Source of the DNA: an uncultured Nitrososphaerota archaeon
Lineage (GTDB): Archaea > Korarchaeota > Korarchaeia > Korarchaeales > Korarchaeaceae
DNA: 48,206 bases
Assembly: GCA_964618805.1 (NCBI GenBank)
Contig: CAZUBM010000015.1
Coordinates: 1-48,206, forward strand
Direction of reading: 5' to 3'
Below are positions 1-9,120 of the stretch, piece after piece; position 1 is the first letter of the stretch; every line of letters begins with the position of its first letter. The position numbers were made by a program, and so were the translations under genes. Below the pieces are notes generated by a model, which saw only the letters and a program-made list of their open reading frames with translations, had not been told where the DNA came from and searched no databases.

Positions 1-2
1 TT

Positions 3-119
3 AGCGTATCGAAACTGTCTCACCTAGAAGAAGCCATTGCTGCCTCAGAAATAGACTTAAGCAGTGAAGATATGAAATACTTAGAGGAAATAAGCCGAGA
101 TGTTAAATTTGGAAGCTGA
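3..119 (+). CDS. C-terminal end of an aldo/keto reductase (truncated by window edge)
   Basis: Manual translation SVSKLSHLEEAIAASEIDLSSEDMKYLEEI* matches the typical AKR C-terminus (xSKxxHLEExxxAxxxxLSxE). Confidence 0.7.
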   Translation, partial: SVSKLSHLEEAIAASEIDLSSEDMKYLEEISRDVKFGS

Positions 120-230
120 TGTTCGTTTAATGGAAGCGCTAAGACCAGAAAGGGAAGAAAATCTGACAAGAGATTCAAACGCCTTGGGGAAATAGTTGAC
201 GAGAAATCAAAGAAGCAGGGGAGATGATTC

Positions 231-1355
231 ATGGCTAGATACCTAGAGTACAAACCCAAAAAAGTGCTAAACGTATACAAGCACTGCGATGGCGGATGGT
301 ACTGGAACAGGTACTCAGCAAACCCCTATGTTGGCTGTGAGTACGGGTGCGAATACTGCTTCTACAGGGCAAGGAAGTACTTTAGACAAGATTGGGAGTT
401 CTACGAAGTCGTTAAGGTGAAAGTGAACGCTCCGCTTCTCCTTTCTAGAGAACTCAAGAGGGTTGAAAGGGACATAATAATGTTGGGCTATTACCAGCCA
501 GTCGAGGTAAAATACGGACTTATTAGGAAGATGTTAGAGGTCTGCGCTGATCTGGGATTTCCAGTCCACATGAACGAGAAGTCTGATCTCATCCTAAAGG
601 ATCTTGATCTTTTAAAGGAGATAAACGAGAAGTCCTGGGCTTGCGTGACCTTTAGCATAATAAGCTTGAGGGAAGATCTGAGGTTCTGGGAGCCTAAGGC
701 TCCTCCTCCGGAGAGAAGGCTCGAGGCCATGAAAGAAATAAGTAGGGCTGGCATAAAAACAGGAACTGCCTTAATACCTGTCCTTCCATTCATCTATGAT
801 GATGAGGAGAATATTGAAGAAGTGGTTAAGGAGACTAAGGAGCATGGAGGAAGCTATGTGATTGGTGGGAGCCTAACGCTTGGTAGCCCGCTTACAGAAC
901 ACTATATCTCGCTTCTTAGGAAGTTCAGGCCTGAAGCTGTTGGTCCAACCTTAAGGATCTTCTCTAGCAGCTCTTCTTATGGTACATTATCAGACACTCC
1001 AAGTCGTGAGCACCAGGCTGAAATTGCAAGAAAGGTAATGAAGATCTGTGAGAGGCATGGTTTGAAGGATAGGCTCAACAGACCAGTTGATATCTATCCT
1101 ATAGAGCTGAGAACGAACAAGGTCATAGCTAATTATCTCTTTGAAAAGACTTACAGGCTTGAGATCCAGAATGCATCTAAAAGCAAGGTTTGGGCATATA
1201 GAAAAGCAGCTTGGACCTTAGATGAACTTAAAGAGGATGTAAGGAAGATATATGATGAAAGAGGGCTGGATGGCCTGAAAGCTCTACCAAACGTTGGTAA
1301 AAAAATAGCTGAAGAGATAGAAGCCCATCTTAAGAATCTATTCGAGAGTCCTTGA
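231..1355 (+). CDS. Radical SAM protein, spore photoproduct lyase-like (COG1533 type), with C-terminal PolX-like 8-kDa helix-hairpin-helix domain
   Basis: NPYVGCEYGCEYC CxxxCxxC motif; WEPKAPPPERRL family motif; C-terminus AYRKAA...LKALPNVGKKIAEEI. Confidence 0.85.
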   Translation: MARYLEYKPKKVLNVYKHCDGGWYWNRYSANPYVGCEYGCEYCFYRARKYFRQDWEFYEVVKVKVNAPLLLSRELKRVERDIIMLGYYQPVEVKYGLIRKMLEVCADLGFPVHMNEKSDLILKDLDLLKEINEKSWACVTFSIISLREDLRFWEPKAPPPERRLEAMKEISRAGIKTGTALIPVLPFIYDDEENIEEVVKETKEHGGSYVIGGSLTLGSPLTEHYISLLRKFRPEAVGPTLRIFSSSSSYGTLSDTPSREHQAEIARKVMKICERHGLKDRLNRPVDIYPIELRTNKVIANYLFEKTYRLEIQNASKSKVWAYRKAAWTLDELKEDVRKIYDERGLDGLKALPNVGKKIAEEIEAHLKNLFESP

Positions 1356-1424
1356 CCCTGTAATTGTAGTGAATAACAACATCTTTGCTTTTGGCTGCAC
1401 TTCTCAACTGAGGCGTTAATCCAC

Positions 1425-2036
1425 TTAGCTTCTTATGTAAAAAGTGTAATTCCCAGCTCTCTTAACCCTGAGATCATCCAGATAGACCATTACATTCTCC
1501 TTTGGGAGAAAATCGGAGAGAATAGCAGTTCCTGACGGTTTTAAAAGCCTTCTTATGTTTAAGATTAAGGAAGGAAGGGAGTAGCCCATATTTAATGCCT
1601 CTTTGAACACTGAAGTGAAGCCGAAGAAAAGGACGAAATCAAATTTCTCGTGAAACTCTTTGAGATCAAGTATGTCAAGACGTCTTACCCTTATTCGCCT
1701 TGCTCTGAATCCAGCTCTAAGCCTTCTTAGACCTAAGCTCCTTCTCATGTCAGAAAGTGCTCGTAGTACGCAATCTAATCTCATATCTGAATGAATAGGT
1801 TCTATCTCGAGTGTTATGTGTATGTTAGGGAAGTTTTCTTGAATAAAACCGGCCAGAACTCCTAACTTATTTTCATCGACATCAGTGAACGTAATTTCCT
1901 CAAAGAACTTCATTGACCAAACTGCCTCAACGACCGATTTTCCTGTTCCTATGTGAATTGCCGATCTTGCCTCGGTTATGAGAGGTTCTACTTCATCCAG
2001 TTTGGCATGAAAGGGGATTAACAATCCCAGACTCAA
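1425..2036 (-). CDS. Class I SAM-dependent methyltransferase-like protein
   Basis: Motif I-like IHIGTGKS, acidic FTDVD, KFDFV, and IRRLLKPSGTAILSD. Confidence 0.6.
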   Translation of the reverse strand: MSLGLLIPFHAKLDEVEPLITEARSAIHIGTGKSVVEAVWSMKFFEEITFTDVDENKLGVLAGFIQENFPNIHITLEIEPIHSDMRLDCVLRALSDMRRSLGLRRLRAGFRARRIRVRRLDILDLKEFHEKFDFVLFFGFTSVFKEALNMGYSLPSLILNIRRLLKPSGTAILSDFLPKENVMVYLDDLRVKRAGNYTFYIRS

Positions 2037-2629
2037 GTTGCAACCAATATGTTCCTCAATGTGAATTCTTAAGCTTTAGCCAAAAATTTCAAAATTTTTG
2101 ACCCTAAGGAATGTTTTAAGTGCTTTCTCGAGATTGAGTTCATTTAAATGGATCCATAAGCTTAAATCTGAAAAATAATCAATGTTAAAGGTGAGCTATT
2201 GTCTTTTTGGTTAGAAAGCATCTCTTCTAGGTTAAGAATTCCTCCGATTGTCTTTGTTAGTGCAATAAGCTCAATCACCTATCTTGTAGGGCTAGCGCTG
2301 GCCTTTTTAACACGGAGATAATAGGTGAGCTGTCATTACAACTTTATTCTAGCTCTTCGGAATTAGTTGCTGAAAAACTAGTTATTAGAAAGGAATTTGC
2401 TGAGGAGTGCGTTCTTGAGATTGTGATTGGGGAGTTGGAGAGGATAGCTAAGTTCGCAGGAAAAGAACTAGATGTAAGGTTTAGTGCATGAAACAGCTTA
2501 CTTTTCTAAGATGATATTCATACCAAATTAGAGTTAAATGATAAAATGACTGCATAAAATGAAGAAGGGTTCAGAATGCAATCTGTTATTGATTTATGTA
2601 CAATGAAACCTGTCGGGAATTCGCGGGAC

Positions 2630-2684
2630 AAATTGGAACCATTATTTATTGAGAAACTTTATTAAATTGGAATCATTACATATT
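2630..2684 (+). promoter_or_regulatory. BRE/TATA promoter (GAGAAAC-TTTATTAA) flanked by a 21-bp imperfect direct repeat
   Basis: AAATTGGAACCATTATTTATT (2630-2650) and AAATTGGAATCATTACATATT (2664-2684) surround TTTATTAA at 2658-2665. Confidence 0.45.
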
Positions 2685-2714
2685 ACACAAAGAGAGGTAA
2701 GGAGGTTCCAGAAA

Positions 2715-2828
2715 ATGAGTGGTTTCGTCTTTGGTTTCATCTTCGGGATATTAATTAGCTATCTTGCAGTAAGTCGGGAAATGGGGGAGCTAAGAAGACT
2801 TATGAAGGGAAAAGCGAGTACTTCCTGA
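2715..2828 (+). CDS. 37-aa single-TM microprotein (MSGFVFGFIFGILISYLAVSREMGELRRLMKGKASTS)
   Basis: Manual translation; GGAGG at 2701 and an upstream TATA box; hydrophobic N-terminus followed by a basic tail. Confidence 0.55.
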   Translation: MSGFVFGFIFGILISYLAVSREMGELRRLMKGKASTS

Positions 2829-2992
2829 GCTCCCATAAAAAACACATGAAGACATGATCTTAGATAGTATTATCTCTCACTACTTGTTTTAGTTCTTTTT
2901 TGGTTATTTCTAATACATATAAGAAGGTTGTTAGTCTTTTGGTTAAAGATCCTGCTTGAACATCTTTTTGGCAGAAGGAAATGCTCATAGGT

Positions 2993-3916
2993 TTAACTTC
3001 TCTTGGCAGGGACCATCAAAACTGAGCATTTGGCCTTGCGACTAACGGCATCGCTCACGCTTCCAAGCAGAAATCTCCTAGCCCTTCCCAATCCTCTTCT
3101 CCCCAAAACGATTAGATCATAATTCCCCATTTCAGCAAACTCAACTATCTTTTTCGATGGAATGCCAAACTCTACCCTCTTATCAACTATTAGCTCATCC
3201 AAACTTAAGAGATAGTTCAGCTTCTCTCTTCTAACTGATTCCAGAGCCTTTGAAAGAACTTGCTTCCCTCTTTCTTCAGCAGTTTCGGATGATGTGTTAT
3301 CACGTTGAGTTTTCTGAACGTTTAGCAATGTTATTTTAGATCCCATCCTTTCTGCAAGCATAACGGCAAAGATCAGAGCTCTGACTGAATTTTCAGATCC
3401 ATCAACACAAACAAGCATATTGGACAGATTACTGACCTTCTTGACAAGGAGAAATGGAAGTGAAATACGACCTAAAACTTCATAAGGTAGATTTCCTAGC
3501 CCATGCGGATCCTTTACAGTCTCTTCACCAACTCCCATTAAGATCAAATCATAACCCTTCTTTGAAAGCCTCAAAATCGCGCCCGATATGTCCGCCCAGA
3601 CCCTGAGAAATTGGGTCTCAACTTTAACTTTCATTCTTTCTTTCTCACTCTCACCTCTTTCTCCGCTTGGTGGAAGACCCTTTACCAGATCTTCGATCTT
3701 ACGACCAACTATGGAGTCATATCCTGACAACGGGAAAACATCTGCATAGGGCAAGAGCATTTCTTCAACGCCATAAGTTCGAGGCATGATGCGTAGAACA
3801 GTTACAGAAGCCTCAGCTTTCTCAGCAATCATCATTGCAGTCTCTAAGGCCATTAGACTTGGAGGAGATCCATCAACTGGGATTAAAATTCGCTTTATGA
3901 ACATCTCGTCGCTCAT
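2993..3916 (-). CDS. Universal stress protein with tandem USP domains
   Basis: ILIPVDGS and MLVCVDGS starts of two USP domains; DLIVLGRRGLG...LLGSVS in domain 2. ATG at 3916 preferred over TTG at 3937. Confidence 0.92.
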   Translation of the reverse strand: MSDEMFIKRILIPVDGSPPSLMALETAMMIAEKAEASVTVLRIMPRTYGVEEMLLPYADVFPLSGYDSIVGRKIEDLVKGLPPSGERGESEKERMKVKVETQFLRVWADISGAILRLSKKGYDLILMGVGEETVKDPHGLGNLPYEVLGRISLPFLLVKKVSNLSNMLVCVDGSENSVRALIFAVMLAERMGSKITLLNVQKTQRDNTSSETAEERGKQVLSKALESVRREKLNYLLSLDELIVDKRVEFGIPSKKIVEFAEMGNYDLIVLGRRGLGRARRFLLGSVSDAVSRKAKCSVLMVPAKRS

Positions 3917-4256
3917 TTGACCGAACGTCCCGCCCAAATCCTAATCAAATTAATATTTTAGAGACATTTTAACCTTTGACTCTAATAGTGCTTGTATATA
4001 CATCCTTTCTGCCAAGAATTTCATGTAATTGAACGAGGGATTAGAAATTTTTCCTAACGAATTTACATTTTGGGTCCAATGCTCAAACAGCGCGTCAATT
4101 AAGCAAGCATTTCTGATCCCTTAACTGCATTATTTAGCTCTTCTTCCACAAATCATGAGATCAGTCCTCATTTCTGGAAGGACTTCAGTCAAAAACTTTA
4201 CTTACTTGCGTAAATTTCAGGCCCAGCACCAAAATTGAGGAAGAATCTCATGTCAG

Positions 4257-4598
4257 TTACAGAACGAAATGGCAGAAGGGATAAGGGCACGAAGAACTCT
4301 CGTATACAGCAAAACTGACATCTCTTCCTGTGACAGGCCCTCCACCTGGGTTATCCCCAGCCTTTTTCCTTATCTCGATAGACCTCTCAAGTATCTTTAG
4401 TATTTCCTCAAAGAGTTGGTCCGTGTTTGTAACTGCTTGATAGGTAACGGCCTTTAGTGCAGCCCTAAACAGTTCTTCACATGCCCAAACACTCATGCCG
4501 GGTACATCATATTTGCTCAATAAATCGAACATGCGTGAGAACAGCTCCTTTGGTAAAAACACTTCCTTCTCATTTGGTGCTGTTGGCTCACCACGCAT
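4257..4598 (-). CDS. Hypothetical protein, candidate divergent histone-fold
   Basis: LP-x5-R, S-x2-A-x3-L, KKAG and VTGRDVSFAV match archaeal histone spacing (see findings). Confidence 0.5.
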   Translation of the reverse strand: MRGEPTAPNEKEVFLPKELFSRMFDLLSKYDVPGMSVWACEELFRAALKAVTYQAVTNTDQLFEEILKILERSIEIRKKAGDNPGGGPVTGRDVSFAVYESSSCPYPFCHFVL

Positions 4599-4685
4599 CG
4601 ATCTCTCGCTTTCTTCAGATATTTTTTTCACCTGATCAGTTTCAGAAATCAAAAGATAAAAAGCTGCAGGTTTGATCTTCAAGAA

Positions 4686-5123
4686 CTATTTTGTTATGAT
4701 GCCAAAGAAGAAGACCACTAATAGCACTAAGGCAATCAACAAGGTGTATTGTTGTAGAGCCACGGGTACTGAAAGCGTCTTTGAATAGATATCGCCTCTT
4801 TCGTGGATCGTAGTAACAAGCGTGAAATATGCAAAAAGCCCACATCCAAACGATAATACGAGGAGAATTGAGGCCAGGAAAAATAGTCTTAACCCGGAAA
4901 CCTGTCCATTCCCTCCAAAGGCAAACCCTAGAATTGCTTGCAATATCGTCAGACCGACGGCAGACGCTGAGCAAAGCATGATTATCCCATCGCCCAAAAC
5001 CTTGTAAACAAGCTCATCAGATGTCTTCCTTCCAAAAAAAGACTCAACATGACCACAATTAGCGCACTTAAATTGGATTAAGTGGGTTTCTTCCATCTCC
5101 GTATTACACTCGGGGCATTTCAT
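4686..5123 (-). CDS. Zinc-ribbon plus multi-TM membrane protein
   Basis: MKCPEC...CANC followed by about three hydrophobic segments. Confidence 0.65.
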   Translation of the reverse strand: MKCPECNTEMEETHLIQFKCANCGHVESFFGRKTSDELVYKVLGDGIIMLCSASAVGLTILQAILGFAFGGNGQVSGLRLFFLASILLVLSFGCGLFAYFTLVTTIHERGDIYSKTLSVPVALQQYTLLIALVLLVVFFFGIITK

Positions 5124-5159
5124 GATTTTCACAAAGGGATCTGGTTGAAACAAACAAAT

Positions 5160-5482
5160 AAACTATCAGAAAAGGCGGCCCAATTACTTGTTTTTGATCT
5201 AACCAGAGCATTGCAGTTTAAGAGAAGAGTATGGAGGCATACCGCTGCTCTAGCTGTTGGTAAGTTGCTCAAAAAAGGGGAATGATTAGAATTCCTTCTT
5301 AAAAGGCAGTGAAAGACGAGAGTTGGCTTGTAAGAGAGGCATTAGCAAGAGCTTTAAGGCAGATAAGAAGGCATAAAATTACACTTGAGCTTCTCCAAGA
5401 ACTTGCCAAAGACTTATTATCAGAAGTTAATAGGTCTGTAGGCAATAATGTTGTAGAACTCATCGAAAAGGGCTATGTCTGA
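5160..5482 (+). pseudogene. HEAT-repeat protein remnant
   Basis: AVKDESWLVREALARALRQI...LLQELAKD..EVNRSVGNN; frameshifted, no start found. Confidence 0.5.
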
Positions 5483-5487
5483 TGTTC

Positions 5488-5742
5488 GTATCGAGCCTCC
5501 ACTCTCAGCTGGGACGGGCATACCATTCTTAATCATCTTTTCAATGTCGATCTACCCTATTATGTCCTCCAACCTCGTCCCTTTTCCTAACTGTTTCTGA
5601 AAGAATTTTCCCTCAACCACACTCCCAACAGTTCAACCGTATATGTTTTCGAAATTCCGCCCCTACCAGAGATAAAAACATTCCCACCAGATACATACCC
5701 GCTCAGCAGAGAGTCTATTAAAACCTCTTTTAGATAGCCCAT
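5488..5742 (-). pseudogene. MoxR-like AAA+ ATPase N-terminal remnant
   Basis: GGNVFISGRGGISKT (degenerate Walker A), then frameshift to GKFFQKQL...TRLEDIIG*. Confidence 0.55.
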
Positions 5743-5897
5743 TCCAAATATATATCTAAGCTTTTTTGATTTGAACAGACCTTTCTGATTACAATGTCAA
5801 GTCTCACTTTAGGTTTTTCTCTACACTCTTCGCTATCTCCTTAGCTTTATTTTTTAACTTTTTTCGACTTCTCAACAGTTTTCTAACTCTTTCCACT

Positions 5898-6752
5898 CTA
5901 GACTTTTTTAATTCCGACAGTACGCTCCTTATATTTCATTATCTTTAGAGTCTCACTCAGCATATCTTCAACTGACAATATTCCAGTCTTATATCCATAC
6001 TTCCTTAGTGCATGTGCAAGCCTAGTTATATCTGGAGGTTTAATATAGGCTTTTTTTAATGTCTCAACTTGTTCAAATACTTCATCAGTTGGGCCATCAA
6101 GAAGAATCCTTGCTCTTGACATACAAACTGTTCTTCTGGCGTATCTTGCTACAATAGGCATGTCGTGAGTGATTATTACTATTGTATGTCCTAGCTTATT
6201 TAGTTTTTCAAGAAAGTTCATGATCTCTATTGATTGTTTGAAATCTTGACCCGTAGTTGGTTCATCAACAATTATTAGTTTCGGTCTTAATGCAAGGATT
6301 GAGGCTATAGCAACTCTCTGTCTTAAACCCTTACTGAGGAAAAAGGGATGGGCGAGTTTATAATCTTCTTCAAGTCCAACTGTTTTCATAGATTCCAACA
6401 CTCTTTTGTCCACCTCTTCTTTTGGTAGTTTAAGGTTTCTAGGGCCGTATGCTATCTCATCGTATACTGTCTGATTGAATAATTGGTGATCAGGGTTCTG
6501 GAAGATATAGCCTACCTTTATAGCCAGCTCTGATGTTAGCATGTCCCTTGTATCCTTGCCTTCAATTAATACCCGTCCTTTTGTTGGCTTAAGAAGACCA
6601 GCTATATTCTTAGCTAGTGTTGTTTTCCCAGATCCGTTTTGACCAATAAATGCTAGAAACTCTCCTGATTCAATGGTTAAATTCACATCTTCAAGCGCTA
6701 ACGTACCATCTGGATATATGTAGGTTAGGTTTTCCACGTCCACAAGGCTCAT
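5898..6752 (-). CDS. ecfA2: ECF transporter ATPase (EcfA2-like)
   Basis: GQNGSGKT, FQNPDHQ, LSKGLRQR, DEPTTGQD. Confidence 0.93.
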   Translation of the reverse strand: MSLVDVENLTYIYPDGTLALEDVNLTIESGEFLAFIGQNGSGKTTLAKNIAGLLKPTKGRVLIEGKDTRDMLTSELAIKVGYIFQNPDHQLFNQTVYDEIAYGPRNLKLPKEEVDKRVLESMKTVGLEEDYKLAHPFFLSKGLRQRVAIASILALRPKLIIVDEPTTGQDFKQSIEIMNFLEKLNKLGHTIVIITHDMPIVARYARRTVCMSRARILLDGPTDEVFEQVETLKKAYIKPPDITRLAHALRKYGYKTGILSVEDMLSETLKIMKYKERTVGIKKV

Positions 6753-7598
6753 TTAACCACCAAGGATTTCTTCCATTATTTTTACAGCTTGATCAAATGT
6801 TAATGGGATTTTCCCATTATAATATCCCTTCTTCCTTAGCTCACTTAATAAAACCATGTACCCTGGGGGATAGACATCATGCTTACGTAAGAAATCTATG
6901 TCATCAAAAAATTCCTGTGTATTCGCATCCCTTACAATCTTCCCGTGATATACAAGTATGAACCTGTCAGCCATCCCTGCTAAATCTTCCAGTCTATGCT
7001 CTATAACTATTATCGTTGCATTATAGCTCTTTTTTAACTCTCTGAGGACATCAATTACCTCTGACTTACCAATGGGGTCAAGCATAGATGTTGGCTCATC
7101 GAGAACTATTATTCTTGGTTTCATGGCTAAGACCGATGCTATTGCTACTCTTTGTTTTTCTCCGCCTGATAGTTCATAGGGGGGTTTCTCAAGATATGAT
7201 TCGGGTATTCCAGTTAGCTCCATAGCCCATTTCATTCTATCTTCTGCTTCGCTGATTGAAAGCCCTTGGTTTTCAAGACCGAAAACTAACTCCTCCTCAA
7301 CAGTCATAGAGAGAAATTGACTTTCAGGATCGGAGAAAAGGTATCCAACATACTCTGAGATCTCTGATGTTGAGTATTCCCTAGTATTTAATCCTTCCAC
7401 TATAACGTTCCCTTCCATAACCCCGTTGTAATTGTTCGGTATCAAACCATTCATACTCATTGCAATCGTCGTCTTACCTGAGTCATTTGGACCAACTATG
7501 CATACGAATTCTCCATCCTTTATCTCAAGGTTTATATTTTCTACTGCATTTCTCTTTTGACCCGCGTATTTCCAGCTGAATTTTCTGATCTCAATCAT
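6753..7598 (-). CDS. ecfA1: ECF transporter ATPase (EcfA1-like)
   Basis: GPNDSGKT, LSGGEKQR, DEPTSMLDP. Confidence 0.93.
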   Translation of the reverse strand: MIEIRKFSWKYAGQKRNAVENINLEIKDGEFVCIVGPNDSGKTTIAMSMNGLIPNNYNGVMEGNVIVEGLNTREYSTSEISEYVGYLFSDPESQFLSMTVEEELVFGLENQGLSISEAEDRMKWAMELTGIPESYLEKPPYELSGGEKQRVAIASVLAMKPRIIVLDEPTSMLDPIGKSEVIDVLRELKKSYNATIIVIEHRLEDLAGMADRFILVYHGKIVRDANTQEFFDDIDFLRKHDVYPPGYMVLLSELRKKGYYNGKIPLTFDQAVKIMEEILGG

Positions 7599-7606
7599 TC
7601 GGACAC

Positions 7607-8461
7607 CTAAAATTTATAAAATAATGAATTCTCGGCCGAGAAGTAGCCAAACTTCACATCTACAATCAATATTAGAAGCATGAAGATTAACATCACAGCT
7701 ATAGCAATATAATCGAACTTCCTATACTTATATTTGCTGGTTATATAGTCTGTTCTACCCTTTCCGCTAATCTTAAACCCCCTTGAATCCAAAGCATTTG
7801 AGACCTCATTAGACCTTCTGACGGCTAATGCCACGAGAGGGACTATGTATAGGCCGAACTTCTTAATTTTCTCCTTGAAAGGCAGCTCATCGATATTTAA
7901 GGCTCTAGCCTTTTCAGCTTCCCTTATTGTGTTGAAGTCAACGAGCGACATTCCTATTGATCTCAATGAAAGCCCCACTATGTAGCATATGGTGAAAGGA
8001 ATCTTTAAGGCTCTTAACCCAACTATTACATCTCTCTCCCTCATAGTACTTAGAAAGAAGATTATGATTAAGATAGCAAAGATTAATCTGATATACACCG
8101 TTATTGCCCATCTAATGTTCTCCCAGCAAATTTTTACGGGTCCTAACCTAGCTATAACTCTATATGATGGATTGTAACCCCCGAAAAAGGTGTATGCGAT
8201 CATAATTACGAACAAGAGATTTAGAAATGCCAATTTATAGTTTTTAATTATCTTTATATCTACCTTACCATACTTAAACATGTATAGCATGAAAAAAACT
8301 CCTAAAACGTTTAGTTCCGGGAGTTCCACAAACATTGGGTAAGCGCTAACCACGAGGAGGAATAGAAGCCTTGTAAGGGGATGTATTGAGAAAATAGGAG
8401 ATTCCACTGGTAAATATCCTAGGAGGGATCTTTTCATAACTGGCAAGATAGAGCACCTCAT
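7607..8461 (-). CDS. ecfT: ECF transporter transmembrane component T
   Basis: HPLTRL N-terminal motif; AEKARA and ALDSRGF coupling motifs; multi-TM. Confidence 0.92.
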   Translation of the reverse strand: MRCSILPVMKRSLLGYLPVESPIFSIHPLTRLLFLLVVSAYPMFVELPELNVLGVFFMLYMFKYGKVDIKIIKNYKLAFLNLLFVIMIAYTFFGGYNPSYRVIARLGPVKICWENIRWAITVYIRLIFAILIIIFFLSTMRERDVIVGLRALKIPFTICYIVGLSLRSIGMSLVDFNTIREAEKARALNIDELPFKEKIKKFGLYIVPLVALAVRRSNEVSNALDSRGFKISGKGRTDYITSKYKYRKFDYIAIAVMLIFMLLILIVDVKFGYFSAENSLFYKF

Positions 8462-8482
8462 AAATTAAAAAAGAGGTGAGAT

Positions 8483-9088
8483 TTAGGCAAGCCAACCTTT
8501 GCAGAAGGCCTTATGCCTTATTACCATTGGTGATAGCGCTTTCAGCAGGATAATACCGAAGATCAAGCTAGGTATTCCGTTTCCGATTGTCCATCCTGAG
8601 AAGAAGAGCGGAACAGATTCTACTGTAATCAATCCGATTGCCTGAAGTGCAGTGACGGCCCATAATGCTCCAAGAATGTTGTTAATGATTACTCCAAAGA
8701 TGATGTACATTATATAGTCTTTTGCCGTCCTCAGCCGGGGATCAAGTTTCATGTATTTAAAGACAAGTGCTGGGATCAATCCTTGAAGTAAGTTTGATGG
8801 TAGATAGGCGAAGCTGACATATAATGGAGCACCTGCTAGGGTATTTGAAATGAATGGAAATAGGAACCCGGCGGCTACTCCCCAAAGCCCAAACCAGATT
8901 GATCCAACAGCTTGGACTGCTACTCCAGGCCAGAATCCGGTGACTCCATAGCCTAATGGGACGGATAGGCTTCCAAATGTACCAGCTACAGCTCCTACTC
9001 CTATTAACAGAGCCAGGATTGCTATATGTACTGTCCCTGGTTTTCTTATTTCTCCCTCCTCTATCTTCCAGACGTTTTCTTCAGCCAT
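8483..9088 (-). CDS. Probable ECF substrate-specific S component (substrate unknown)
   Basis: About 200 aa, 5-6 TM, first gene of the ecfT-A1-A2 operon. Confidence 0.75.
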   Translation of the reverse strand: MAEENVWKIEEGEIRKPGTVHIAILALLIGVGAVAGTFGSLSVPLGYGVTGFWPGVAVQAVGSIWFGLWGVAAGFLFPFISNTLAGAPLYVSFAYLPSNLLQGLIPALVFKYMKLDPRLRTAKDYIMYIIFGVIINNILGALWAVTALQAIGLITVESVPLFFSGWTIGNGIPSLIFGIILLKALSPMVIRHKAFCKGWLA

Positions 9089-9120
9089 TTATATCCTCGT
9101 GTGGGCATCTTTAGAATAAT

